Positions 46,956 through 56,130 of a stretch of 64,000 nucleotides of DNA are shown here, piece after piece. The stretch's first letter is position 1; each line of letters opens with the position of its first letter. Under the pieces are notes generated by a model, which worked only from the letters and a program-made list of their open reading frames with translations, was not told the DNA's origin and ran no database searches. A program made the position numbers and the translations under genes. This stretch comes from an uncultured Enterobacteriaceae bacterium (GTDB taxonomy: Bacteria; Myxococcota_A; UBA9042), in the NCBI GenBank assembly GCA_964447285.1, contig CAYURO010000018.1, positions 20,522 to 84,521 on the forward strand. The letters are read 5' to 3'.

Positions 46956-48509
46956 ATGGTCGACAACACCAAGGCTTCCACGCTGGACGCCCGCATCGCC
47001 GAACTCGCCGAGAAGTACCGGCCGCTTGCCGCTGAGATCCTGGCAGAAGTCGTCCGCATTCCGGCCGACTACGTCGATCGCTCGGTCGAGGAGGGGGGCG
47101 ACCCGACCTGTGGCGAGTCGAACCACGAAGGCCCGCGTTTTGAGTACTTGCGCAAGAAGATCATTGAGATCGGTGCGGTCCGTCGCCCAGAAGACGCGGG
47201 CTTCGACGCCTTCGGCAATGTCGTGTGGCACGTCGAGGACGAGTCGGACGGCATCCCCCGCGCGCAGAAGAAGGTCATCTACATGGATGGCCACGGCGAC
47301 ACCGTGCGCCCCCTGCGCTCGCAGTGGCACGCCCGCATGAACGGCGCGCTCGACCCGTTCGACGGTATGGTCGACGCGGCCAAGCTTGACCCCAAGGCGC
47401 TTGCCAGCTCGCTGGGCTACCTGCCGCCCCAGAACGAGTGGAACCACCTGCTGTTCGGTCGTGGTTCCGCGGACCAGCTCGGTGGCGTCGTGGCTGAGGT
47501 GGTTGCGACCAAGATCCTGCTCGAGCTGGCCCCTGAGGGCGCCCTGCGTGGTGCCATCGTGCGTGCCTATGCCACCGCGGCCGAAGAGGACAACGACGGC
47601 GGCGGCCCGCTGTACGTCGTTGACAAGGTCCTGCGCGGCGCTCCCTCCGAACTGGTCCCCGACGTGGTGATCCTGACCGAGGGCACGGGCGACGCCAACA
47701 AGGGCGCGCTGGGCATCTACCGCGGTCAGCGCGGCCGCATGCAGATCGAGGTCACGGTCGCCGGCCGTTCCTGCCATGGCTCGATGCCGTGGGAGGGCTT
47801 GAATCCGTTGGAGTTCGGCGGCGCCATCGTCAGCGAGGCCGCCCGTCGCTACAACGCGCGCGAAGGCTTCCTGGACCACGCGTTTTTGGGCCACGGCACC
47901 CGCACGGCCAGCTGGGCAACGTTGGACTCCCCCAGCGACTGCGCCGTGCCGGACAAGTTCGTGTTCCGCTTCGACCGCCGCCTGACGGTGGGCGAGACGC
48001 CGGAGCAGGCGGTCAAGGACGTCGAGGCGCTGGACGGCGTGCGCGTGGCCCGCGAGGCCGGCCTGAAGGTCGACGTCTCGGTGCCGCGCTACAACAACCT
48101 GACCTGGCGCAAGTATCGCCCCGACAACCCGCAGATCTACATGGGTTGGCTGACGCCTGAGGAGCACCCGGCCATCCAGACCGCCGTCGACGCGTACCAC
48201 CGCGTGATCACGCCGCACATCCCCGTGCGTGAAGAGAAGGGGGGCATGCTGCGCAAGGAGCCGCGCGTCGACCGCTGGATCTTCTCCACCGACGGTGTGG
48301 GCTTCCCCGTGCTGGTCGAGGACAAGACCATCCAGACTGAGGGCAAGCAGTGGGTCACGTCTGGCCCCGTCAAGCACCCCGCCATGTTCGGCATCGGGCC
48401 CGGCATCGAGCAGAACACGCACAAGATCGGCGAGTGCTCGGACTTGCGCGAGCTGCAACACGCGATCGCCTTCCTGGCGCGATTCCCCAGCCTGTACGCC
48501 CAGAAGTAG
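46956..48509 (+). CDS. M20-family metallohydrolase (YgeY/DapE/ArgE-like)
   Basis: Metal ligands in MDGHGDTV. GRGSADQLGG (Asp bridge). EEDNDGGG / EG catalytic Glu region. C-terminal His. 517 aa. Confidence 0.75.
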   Translation: MVDNTKASTLDARIAELAEKYRPLAAEILAEVVRIPADYVDRSVEEGGDPTCGESNHEGPRFEYLRKKIIEIGAVRRPEDAGFDAFGNVVWHVEDESDGIPRAQKKVIYMDGHGDTVRPLRSQWHARMNGALDPFDGMVDAAKLDPKALASSLGYLPPQNEWNHLLFGRGSADQLGGVVAEVVATKILLELAPEGALRGAIVRAYATAAEEDNDGGGPLYVVDKVLRGAPSELVPDVVILTEGTGDANKGALGIYRGQRGRMQIEVTVAGRSCHGSMPWEGLNPLEFGGAIVSEAARRYNAREGFLDHAFLGHGTRTASWATLDSPSDCAVPDKFVFRFDRRLTVGETPEQAVKDVEALDGVRVAREAGLKVDVSVPRYNNLTWRKYRPDNPQIYMGWLTPEEHPAIQTAVDAYHRVITPHIPVREEKGGMLRKEPRVDRWIFSTDGVGFPVLVEDKTIQTEGKQWVTSGPVKHPAMFGIGPGIEQNTHKIGECSDLRELQHAIAFLARFPSLYAQK

Positions 48510-48824
48510 TCTCTCCGGCTACCGACGCAGCGCCGCCGACCGCGTGAGCCGACCATGACTCACGCGGCCTGCGGTGTGCCTCGCCTGCACTGGTCTTCTC
48601 CGATTCGGCCTTTCATCGGCCGATCGACTGACCGTCGCCAAGCCGCGGAAACACGCGCGGGTCACGGCATCCAAACCGCCGGCAGGACTGTCGCAAAGCC
48701 TTCTGGTTCGCTATACTTCGCGCCCACTTCCGCGCCCACGTGCGGAGCTTGAGTCGTCGCAACGCACCTACGCGGCCACGGCGACTGGACACCCTCAACT
48801 CTTGTGTTTCATCGAGGCTCTGCC

Positions 48825-50885
48825 ATGAGGACGACCGCAACCCGCTTCTCCGTTCCCTGCGCGCTCGCGCTTGCCTGTCTTTGGTTTGCGGTTCCGGCCG
48901 CAGCCCTCGTGCCCACCACGGTTGGGGTAGAGGGGCTACTGCTGTCGTCCGGTGGTGGTCCGGCGGCAGATGGCGACTATGCGGTGACCTTCGCCATCTA
49001 CAAGGACGTCAGCGGCGGAGCCGCCGTGTGGTCGGAAGGCCCAGTGACGCTGACCGTGAAGAGCGGGCAGTTCGTCCACGCGTTGGGCAGCAAGACGGCG
49101 CTGACCCAGCAGGTCCTTGCCACCGCCGGCGCTCAGTCGTTCTTGGGGGTGCGGGTGGGCATCGACCCCGAGTTCGCTCGCAAGCCGCTGAATTCAGTGA
49201 CCACAGCGCTGCGGGCGGCTGTGGCTGAGAACATCGACTGCTCCGGCTGCATTGGCTTGGGGCAGCTGGATGCCACCGCATTGGTCGATTACGCCAAGGT
49301 TGCCGACCTCTCCAAGGTGGCGACCACGGGCAAGTTCTCTGACCTGCAGGGGGGGCCGGACCTGTCCGCGTACGTCAAGATGGTTTCGCTTGCGACCGTC
49401 GCGCTGTCGGGGGCGTATGCCGACCTGTCCGGCATCCCCGACCTGTCGGTCTATGCGAAGTCCGCAGCCCTGCACAAGGTCGCTACGACGGGCAAGTATG
49501 CAGATCTGGTGGATGCGCCGGTGCTGGCGGCGGTGGCGAAGTCGGGCTCGTACAAGGACCTGATCGACCAGCCGACGCTGCCCAAGCTGGGCGACAAGTG
49601 CGGCACCGGCCTTGTGATGCGCGGCATTCTGGCGAACGGCGCCTACGACTGCGTGGTTGCGCTCGACCCGGCGGCTCTGCCCGGCGACGGCCTGAACGAG
49701 ATCTCCAATGGCCTGATCACCAATGAGTTCGCAGACTCAGCCAGCGGCGGCACGGGTGTGAAGATCCCCGACAACAGCCCGGTCGGTGTGTCCGACATCA
49801 TCGACTTTCCCGACGTGGGCTTGGCCAAGAAGCTGACGATCAACATCGACATCACCAATTCCAAGATCAACACCGTGACCGTGTACCTCTACGACCCGGC
49901 GAATCAGGAGTACGTCCTGCACCAGAAGTCGAGTTCAGGCACCAGTCTGAAGACCGGTTACCCAACCCCGACCAGCACGGCGTCGGGCGACCTGAGCACT
50001 TGGCTTGGCAAGAATCCCAAGGGCAAGTGGTTCCTGAAGGTTGTGGACAACGACTTCCTCAACAACACGACAGACGGTCAGATCAACGCCTGGTCGATTT
50101 CGATCGAGACGCTGTCCAGCAAGAAGGTTCAGGTCAAGGGCGACCTGCTGGTGGACGGTGGCATCAAGGTCGGCGCCGACGCGACGGCGTGCACGGCCGC
50201 GAAGGCTGGCACGCAGCGATACGCCAACGACCGGATCGAGTACTGCAACGGATTGGTTTGGCTACCGGTCGGCGCTTCCGGGGCGACGTACCGCTGGGCC
50301 GTTTGGTCCAGCTACGACCAGAGTTGCTGCTGGTTCGGCGCTGGCGGTAACGGCAACGCGGCGCTGTTCGGCGGCGTGACTCCGCAGGCTTGGGGTGATG
50401 GCAGCGGTTTTGCGGGTCAGATGAGTGCCGACAAGGAAGTGCTGCGGACCCTGTTTACGAACAAGGGCTACGCCCAGAAGAACGCGACGGTGTGGGCCGA
50501 GTCCTGGTACACCTACAGCTCAACCAACTCCAAGCACGCGGGAGCGTTGTTCCGCATCCGCAATACCACGGGCTCCGCCATCACTTGGACGCCCTACGCG
50601 TACATGACGTCCTACGCGGGCTGGGGCAACTACGCGAGCGTGGCTCTAAACGGTACCAGCATTTGGAACAGCGGCGGCAACAACTACTACTCGAATTCGA
50701 CCTTCAGTTGGAACCTGTCGATCCCAGCGAACCGCGTCAGCACGGCGATCTTCATCTCAGCCAACACGGCACCGTCCGGCACGGCGACCACGTTCCTCGC
50801 GTTCTACAACAACAGCTTGGCGCTTCCGGCCGGTTTGGTGTTCGTGGACGATATGGACTTCGCGACAGGTGGCTGGGAGCAGTAG
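48825..50885 (+). CDS. Secreted paralog of the 25567..27726 protein: same N-terminal domain, ~24-aa repeats and P-like domain, but a different C-terminal domain (Trp/Tyr/Asn/Ser-rich, lectin-like)
   Basis: Signal peptide ALALACLWFAVPAAA. About 45-50% identity to the paralog over the first ~420 aa (VPTTV..GGGPAADG..; GKNPKGKWFLKVVDNDFLNNTTDGQINAWSISI). C-terminal domain has no Myxo Cys repeats or FReD. Confidence 0.7.
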   Translation: MRTTATRFSVPCALALACLWFAVPAAALVPTTVGVEGLLLSSGGGPAADGDYAVTFAIYKDVSGGAAVWSEGPVTLTVKSGQFVHALGSKTALTQQVLATAGAQSFLGVRVGIDPEFARKPLNSVTTALRAAVAENIDCSGCIGLGQLDATALVDYAKVADLSKVATTGKFSDLQGGPDLSAYVKMVSLATVALSGAYADLSGIPDLSVYAKSAALHKVATTGKYADLVDAPVLAAVAKSGSYKDLIDQPTLPKLGDKCGTGLVMRGILANGAYDCVVALDPAALPGDGLNEISNGLITNEFADSASGGTGVKIPDNSPVGVSDIIDFPDVGLAKKLTINIDITNSKINTVTVYLYDPANQEYVLHQKSSSGTSLKTGYPTPTSTASGDLSTWLGKNPKGKWFLKVVDNDFLNNTTDGQINAWSISIETLSSKKVQVKGDLLVDGGIKVGADATACTAAKAGTQRYANDRIEYCNGLVWLPVGASGATYRWAVWSSYDQSCCWFGAGGNGNAALFGGVTPQAWGDGSGFAGQMSADKEVLRTLFTNKGYAQKNATVWAESWYTYSSTNSKHAGALFRIRNTTGSAITWTPYAYMTSYAGWGNYASVALNGTSIWNSGGNNYYSNSTFSWNLSIPANRVSTAIFISANTAPSGTATTFLAFYNNSLALPAGLVFVDDMDFATGGWEQ

Positions 50886-50937
50886 TCTCCGGGCCGATGT
50901 ACCTCCGCAGCCGTCCGCGGAGGGCAGCAGCAGGCGA

Positions 50938-52101
50938 ATGACCGAACGCCATCACATCTACCTGATCCCCGGCTTCTTCGGGTTCACCAATCTGGGTGAC
51001 CTTCGCTATTTCGCCCACGTGAACGACGTGCTGCGGGACGAGTTCGCGCGCCGCGACTTGGACGTGGTCGTGCACCCGGTGCGGACGTGGCCCACGGCTT
51101 CCGTCCGCCGCCGGGCGCAGCGGTTGCTACAGGTCATCGCGGAGACAAGCGGGGATACGGACGAGCCGGTGCACCTGATCGGCCATTCGTCGGGAGGTCT
51201 GGACGCGCGGTTGCTGGTCTCTGCTGGCGCGTCGCTGTCCGAAGACCCGTCGGCGGAGCGCATTGCCGCCCGGGTTCGCTCTATCGTCACAGTGGCCGCA
51301 CCGCATTTCGGCACGCCGCTGGTGTCGGTATTCACCCGCCGGTTGGGTGGCCGGCTGCTGCAAGTGCTTTCGCTGTCTACGATTTACGTCCTGCGTTATG
51401 GCCGCCTGCCGCTGTCGGTCGCGGTGCGGCTGGGCGGCCTTCTGGTCAAGCTGGAAGACCGGATGGGCACCGGACAGGACGTGCTTGACCAACTGTACGG
51501 CGAGCTGCTGGACGACTTCTCGGACGAGCGCCGCGTGGCCTTGGACGAATTCCTGACCGATGTGGGCAGCGACCAGCAGCTGATTCCGCAGCTGACGCCT
51601 GAAAACATGGCGACTTTCAACGCGACGACGCGCGACGACGGTGGGGTTCGCTACGGCTGCGTGCTGGCCCGCGGACGGCCGCCGGGGCTCGCCTCGACGT
51701 TGGCCGCGGGCCTTGGGGTGTACGCGCAGGCCAGTCACGCCTTGTACGCAACGATCTATCGAGGGGCGTCACGCACGCCGCATGACCGCACGGTGATGCC
51801 GTCCTACGAGCAAGTTCAGGCGATGCGGGCGGCTTGGGGCGAGGTTCCGGACCCGCGCGACAACGACGGCATCGTGCCCACGCTGTCGCAGCTGTGGGGC
51901 GAGGTGATCTGCGCCGTCACGGCGGACCATCACGACCTGATCGGCCACTTCGACGATACCGAGCACGACCCGCCGCACTACGACTGGATCACCAGTGGCT
52001 CGGGGTTCAAGCGGCGGGAGTTCGAGGCGTTGTGGGCTTCGGTGGCGCACTGGATTGCAGTTCGAGGCATTCCGTCGGCGGGAAAGGGCGCGCCCAGATA
52101 G
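50938..52101 (+). CDS. Alpha/beta-hydrolase, putative secreted-type lipase/esterase
   Basis: Nucleophile elbow HLIGHSSGG (GHSxG). HIYLIPGFFGF oxyanion region. Downstream Asp and His (DNDGIV; DHHDLIGHF). Confidence 0.6.
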   Translation: MTERHHIYLIPGFFGFTNLGDLRYFAHVNDVLRDEFARRDLDVVVHPVRTWPTASVRRRAQRLLQVIAETSGDTDEPVHLIGHSSGGLDARLLVSAGASLSEDPSAERIAARVRSIVTVAAPHFGTPLVSVFTRRLGGRLLQVLSLSTIYVLRYGRLPLSVAVRLGGLLVKLEDRMGTGQDVLDQLYGELLDDFSDERRVALDEFLTDVGSDQQLIPQLTPENMATFNATTRDDGGVRYGCVLARGRPPGLASTLAAGLGVYAQASHALYATIYRGASRTPHDRTVMPSYEQVQAMRAAWGEVPDPRDNDGIVPTLSQLWGEVICAVTADHHDLIGHFDDTEHDPPHYDWITSGSGFKRREFEALWASVAHWIAVRGIPSAGKGAPR

Positions 52102-52277
52102 CTGCTTCATCGACCCGGCGCACGCTGTTCTCCAGCGATGGCGACAGGTTGGGCGTCGAGTTGTTGCAGGCCGACTGCTCAGGACTCAGGCGCGCTGGTT
52201 GCGATGCGCAGGCATCTCCGATACCTTCATATTCACTATTCAGGCGTTTCGAAGGCGGGTCGTGCGCCGTGGAGCGG

Positions 52278-55010
52278 ATGCGGATGAAGCGTGGTCCCCT
52301 CGTCGCAATTCTGGCCGTCTCATTGGTGTTCGCAGGCTGCCGTGCCGAATTCCTGCCCGCTTCGGCCGCACCTGGCGAGGACGTCGATTCGCTGGACGCT
52401 GCAGACACTGCCGTCCCCGACGGGGCGGTAGAAACGACGCCCGACATTGTGGCGGACCTCGCGGTGGATACCTCTGCCGACGACGTGGCGGACGTTGGTG
52501 TTGATCAGGACACAGCCGCAGAGACCCTTGCCGACGCGGAGTTGGACGTTGCCGTCGACGCTGTCACCGACGCGGCTGTGGACGACGCGACGCCCGACGA
52601 TGTTGTCGTCAACGTCGACGTCGATGCCTCGGAGGTGCTGGATACGGTCGAGCCCTGCACCAACCAGACCTGCGACGACGGCCAGCCATGCACAGCGGAC
52701 AGTTGCAAGGACGGCGTGTGCTCGCATCTGGCCCTCGCGGGGGCCTTCTGCAACGACGGCGACGCCTGCACGGTCGGGGACAAGTGCGTGCAGGGCCTGT
52801 GCAAGGCGACCGGGCCGGCCAACTGCGACGACGGCCAACCGTGCACCATCGACACGTGCGACAAGGTCGCCGGCTGCCAGAAGAAGGCAGCGGTCGACGG
52901 CATCGCGTGCGAAGACGGCAGTGCGTGCACGGCTGGCGACGCCTGCGCGATCGGCAAGTGTGTGGCGGGCAAGCCGGTGGCGTGCGACGACGGCAACGTG
53001 TGCACCGACGACGGCTGCGACGCGGTGCAAGGGTGCGTCCATCCAGCGGTTTCGGCAGACATGGGCTGCGACGACGGCGACGCTTGTACCGAAGGCGATG
53101 TTTGCGGGGGAGCCACCTGCAAGGCTGGCAAGCCGCTGATCTGCGACGACGGCAAGCCTTGCACGACCGACAAATGCGTGGCAGCGACGGGATGCGCGAA
53201 TGCCAACACGGAGATCGAGACCGTGTGCAACGACGGCAACGACTGCACGGTCGGCGACATGTGCGACGGACAGGGTAAGTGCGGCGGCCTGGGCAAAGAC
53301 TGCAACGACGATAACCCTTGCACCATAGATACTTGCGCCAATAGCGTCTGCGCCCACGGCCCGTCCGCCGTCGGCGACCCCTGCAGCGACGACAACCCCT
53401 GCACCTTGGGCGACGCCTGCAAGGACTCAGCATGCGTGGCGGGGACCCCCAAGGTTTGCGACGACAAGAACGCGTGCACGGCAGACGCGTGCGTGGCCGG
53501 GACGTGCAAGTACCAGCCGAAGGCCAGCGGTGCCTGCGACGACGGCGACGGCTGCACGGTCGACGATGCCTGCGACGCGGGCGTATGCGTGGGCGGCGCC
53601 GCCAAGACCTGCGACGACAACAACACCTGCACCAAGAACACTTGCGCTGAGGGCAGTTGCAGCTTCCCCGCGCTGAGCGGACTCAGCTGCGACGACGGCG
53701 ACGGCTGCACGCTGGGCGACACCTGCCAGGTGGGTCAGTGCAAGGCCGGCACCGCCAAGGACTGCGGCGATAGCCATCCGTGCACCGACGACAGTTGCGC
53801 CGGTGGCGTCTGCGCCAACCTGGCGAACGCGGCCCCGTGCAACGACGGAGAGGCCTGTACGGTGTCGGACCAGTGCAGCAACAAGTCGTGCCAGGCCAAG
53901 AAGTTGGCCACCGTCACCCATGCCCAGGTGAAGGCCTGCGGTTACGTCGGGGCCGTCTCTTTCCGCCAGCGCGGGATGACGGTGGTTCCCGGTGGCTACG
54001 CCGTCGCGGGCGACGCGAGCTGTGGCGGTTCCAGCGGCAACGACAGCACGGGCTCGATGCTTCTGCGCCTGGGTCCCGACGGCGTCGCGCTGGGTCCCGC
54101 GACGTCGTTCTACCCGTCCACGTCGAATCTGGTGCTGGGCGTGGTCTGGGACGGCAAGTCGATTCTGGTTCCGTTGTACCAGGACCAGACCGGACTGCGG
54201 CGCCTCGTGGTGGTCCGTTTTGGACTCGATGGCGTCCTGAAGGGCGAGCTGCTGCTGCCGACCGCGGGCGTCGTCTATCCGGCCGACGCCAGGGCAATTG
54301 CGGGCGGCGTCGCGGTGCTGATCGGCGGCAAGGTGCCGTCCAGCGACTCTGTCACCGACACGTCGACCACCCTGTTCGTCGTCGCCAACGACACTTTGGT
54401 CGCGGCCTTGCCGACGTCGTCCGGTGCGGCGCAGTACTCGGGCCTGGTGCTGCCCGTCTCGGGGGCCTACATCGTGTTGTACGGCGCGGGAACCATGGCG
54501 CGTCACGCTGTTTCTGCAGACGGCAGCAAGATCGTGTCCACCGTGACTACGTCGTCGCCGCAGCCGAATTCGTTCCCGGGTGCTCCCGTCACTGCGCTGG
54601 GCCTGACAGGGGACCCGAACATCGCCGTCGTCGCCGGCTACCAGCCGCCCGGCGGACCGTCGGTGGGACCTGCTTGGGCGTCACTGTTCTACACCTCGAA
54701 TCTGCAGTACATCGCCCGGGTTCCGCTGGTCGACGCGGGCGGCAAGACGGCGGTCGTTGCGCCAATGGCGATCGTGCCGCTGACGACGACAGAGTTTCTG
54801 GTGGCCGGCATCAAGACGAACAGCGGGACGACGTACGCGGTCCGCATGAACACGGCGGGTCAGGTGTTGTCGACCATCGACACGCTGCCGCAAGAGGCCA
54901 CGACCTGGCTGTACGACGCGGCCTCGGGCGTGTTGACGCTGGGACTGGTGCATCAGAACACGCAGCTGTCCTTTGCCAAGACCCAACCGGTGCCGGCGGT
55001 CTGCAAATAG
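52278..55010 (+). CDS. Large lipoprotein with about 20 tandem Cys-rich modules (C-DDG-x-CT-x-D-x-C) and a C-terminal beta-rich, propeller-like region
   Basis: Lipobox VFAGC. Acidic linker. Regular 36-40-aa Cys modules from about residue 100 to 560. C-terminal 350 aa are Gly/Val/Ala-rich with repeated strand-like segments. Confidence 0.65.
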   Translation: MRMKRGPLVAILAVSLVFAGCRAEFLPASAAPGEDVDSLDAADTAVPDGAVETTPDIVADLAVDTSADDVADVGVDQDTAAETLADAELDVAVDAVTDAAVDDATPDDVVVNVDVDASEVLDTVEPCTNQTCDDGQPCTADSCKDGVCSHLALAGAFCNDGDACTVGDKCVQGLCKATGPANCDDGQPCTIDTCDKVAGCQKKAAVDGIACEDGSACTAGDACAIGKCVAGKPVACDDGNVCTDDGCDAVQGCVHPAVSADMGCDDGDACTEGDVCGGATCKAGKPLICDDGKPCTTDKCVAATGCANANTEIETVCNDGNDCTVGDMCDGQGKCGGLGKDCNDDNPCTIDTCANSVCAHGPSAVGDPCSDDNPCTLGDACKDSACVAGTPKVCDDKNACTADACVAGTCKYQPKASGACDDGDGCTVDDACDAGVCVGGAAKTCDDNNTCTKNTCAEGSCSFPALSGLSCDDGDGCTLGDTCQVGQCKAGTAKDCGDSHPCTDDSCAGGVCANLANAAPCNDGEACTVSDQCSNKSCQAKKLATVTHAQVKACGYVGAVSFRQRGMTVVPGGYAVAGDASCGGSSGNDSTGSMLLRLGPDGVALGPATSFYPSTSNLVLGVVWDGKSILVPLYQDQTGLRRLVVVRFGLDGVLKGELLLPTAGVVYPADARAIAGGVAVLIGGKVPSSDSVTDTSTTLFVVANDTLVAALPTSSGAAQYSGLVLPVSGAYIVLYGAGTMARHAVSADGSKIVSTVTTSSPQPNSFPGAPVTALGLTGDPNIAVVAGYQPPGGPSVGPAWASLFYTSNLQYIARVPLVDAGGKTAVVAPMAIVPLTTTEFLVAGIKTNSGTTYAVRMNTAGQVLSTIDTLPQEATTWLYDAASGVLTLGLVHQNTQLSFAKTQPVPAVCK
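52578..53960 (+). repeat. Protein-level tandem array of Cys-rich modules (about 114-nt period at the DNA level, degenerate)
   Basis: Repeated gcgacgacggc...tgcac units. Encodes CxDGxxCTxDxCxxGxC iterated. Confidence 0.7.
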
Positions 55011-55102
55011 GTCGCGGACGGGCAGGGTTGAACGCAGGGGCAGCACGGCGCAGGGTCGCGCGATTTCGGTTGTCGGGTGTCGTCGGGGGGAGAGGAGCAG
55101 GA

Positions 55103-56113
55103 ATGGTCGACCGGCGAGTCATGCAGCTGATCCAGAGGACCGACCGAGGTCGTGCGGTGGTCCATTGTCTGGCGCTGGGCCTTGCCTTGCAGGTTGCCGC
55201 GGTATCTCTGACCGGCGTTGCGGTTTCGACTGCTGTTGCGGCCCCTGCAGACACCTCTGCGACGCTGGCTGCGGAGGGTGCGGCGCTGTTCAAGCGGAGC
55301 GAATACCTGGATGCTGCACGCACCTTCGATAGGGCCATCGCCTTGGACGGCAAGGACTTTCGCCTGCTGCGCTATGCCGGTCGCGCTTGGCAAGAGGTCG
55401 GGCACTGGCCCAAGGCGCTGGACCTGCTGGAGCGCTATGACCGTCAGGAGCCCGAGGTGGCGTTGCGGGCGACGCTGCTGCCGAACCTTGACAAGCTGCG
55501 CAAGGCGACGCCGCTGGAGCGCGCCGAAGCGTTGGAGGCGGCTTGCCAGCGCTATCCGCAAGCTGGTCTGGAGGCGGACGCGGGCAAGGCGTTCGAGGTG
55601 CTGAACGACGCCGCGGGCCACCGCAAGGCGCTGGCGTTCGCCGAGACGGCGCGTCGGGCGGCCACGGACCCGAGTCAAGTCGCGGAGTTGGACGCGTGGA
55701 TCGCCCGACTGCGAACCCGACAAGCTGAGTTCGACCGAAAAGCTGCAGTTCAGACGACCGCGTCGCCAGTGCCGGTGGTTCGCACGGCCGACGGACCCAC
55801 GGGCGCACAGTGGGCGGCTTGGGCCGGCGGCGCGACGCTGGCGGTCGGGGGCGCGGTGCTGTGGGTGATAGGCACGAGCGCGACGCAGTCGGCCAACGAC
55901 GACCTGACCGAAGGGCGTTCGACCTATGCCGAGTACAAAAACGCGCGTGATGGTGCAGATGTACAGTATTTCACCGGCATCGGGCTGGTCGGTGCAGGCG
56001 CCGTTGCCGCCGCCGTCGGTTGGTTCTTGGCCCCTGACGCGACCGACGCCACCCAGTCTCGCCTGTTTGTGACACCCGCTCCCGCCGGAATCGGTTTGGC
56101 GATGCGCTTTTGA
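55103..56113 (+). CDS. Hypothetical signal-peptide protein with a TPR-like helical region and two C-terminal transmembrane helices, immediately upstream of a Ser/Thr kinase
   Basis: AGGAG Shine-Dalgarno. Signal peptide. Helical repeats (FKRSEYLDAARTFDRAIALDGKDFRLLRYAGRAWQEVGHWPKALDLLERY). Transmembrane segments AAWAGGATLAVGGAVLWVIG and YFTGIGLVGAGAVAAAVGWFLAP. Its stop overlaps the region of the next start. Confidence 0.45.
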   Translation: MVDRRVMQLIQRTDRGRAVVHCLALGLALQVAAVSLTGVAVSTAVAAPADTSATLAAEGAALFKRSEYLDAARTFDRAIALDGKDFRLLRYAGRAWQEVGHWPKALDLLERYDRQEPEVALRATLLPNLDKLRKATPLERAEALEAACQRYPQAGLEADAGKAFEVLNDAAGHRKALAFAETARRAATDPSQVAELDAWIARLRTRQAEFDRKAAVQTTASPVPVVRTADGPTGAQWAAWAGGATLAVGGAVLWVIGTSATQSANDDLTEGRSTYAEYKNARDGADVQYFTGIGLVGAGAVAAAVGWFLAPDATDATQSRLFVTPAPAGIGLAMRF

Positions 56114-56130
56114 CCCCCAGTGAGTCCTGC

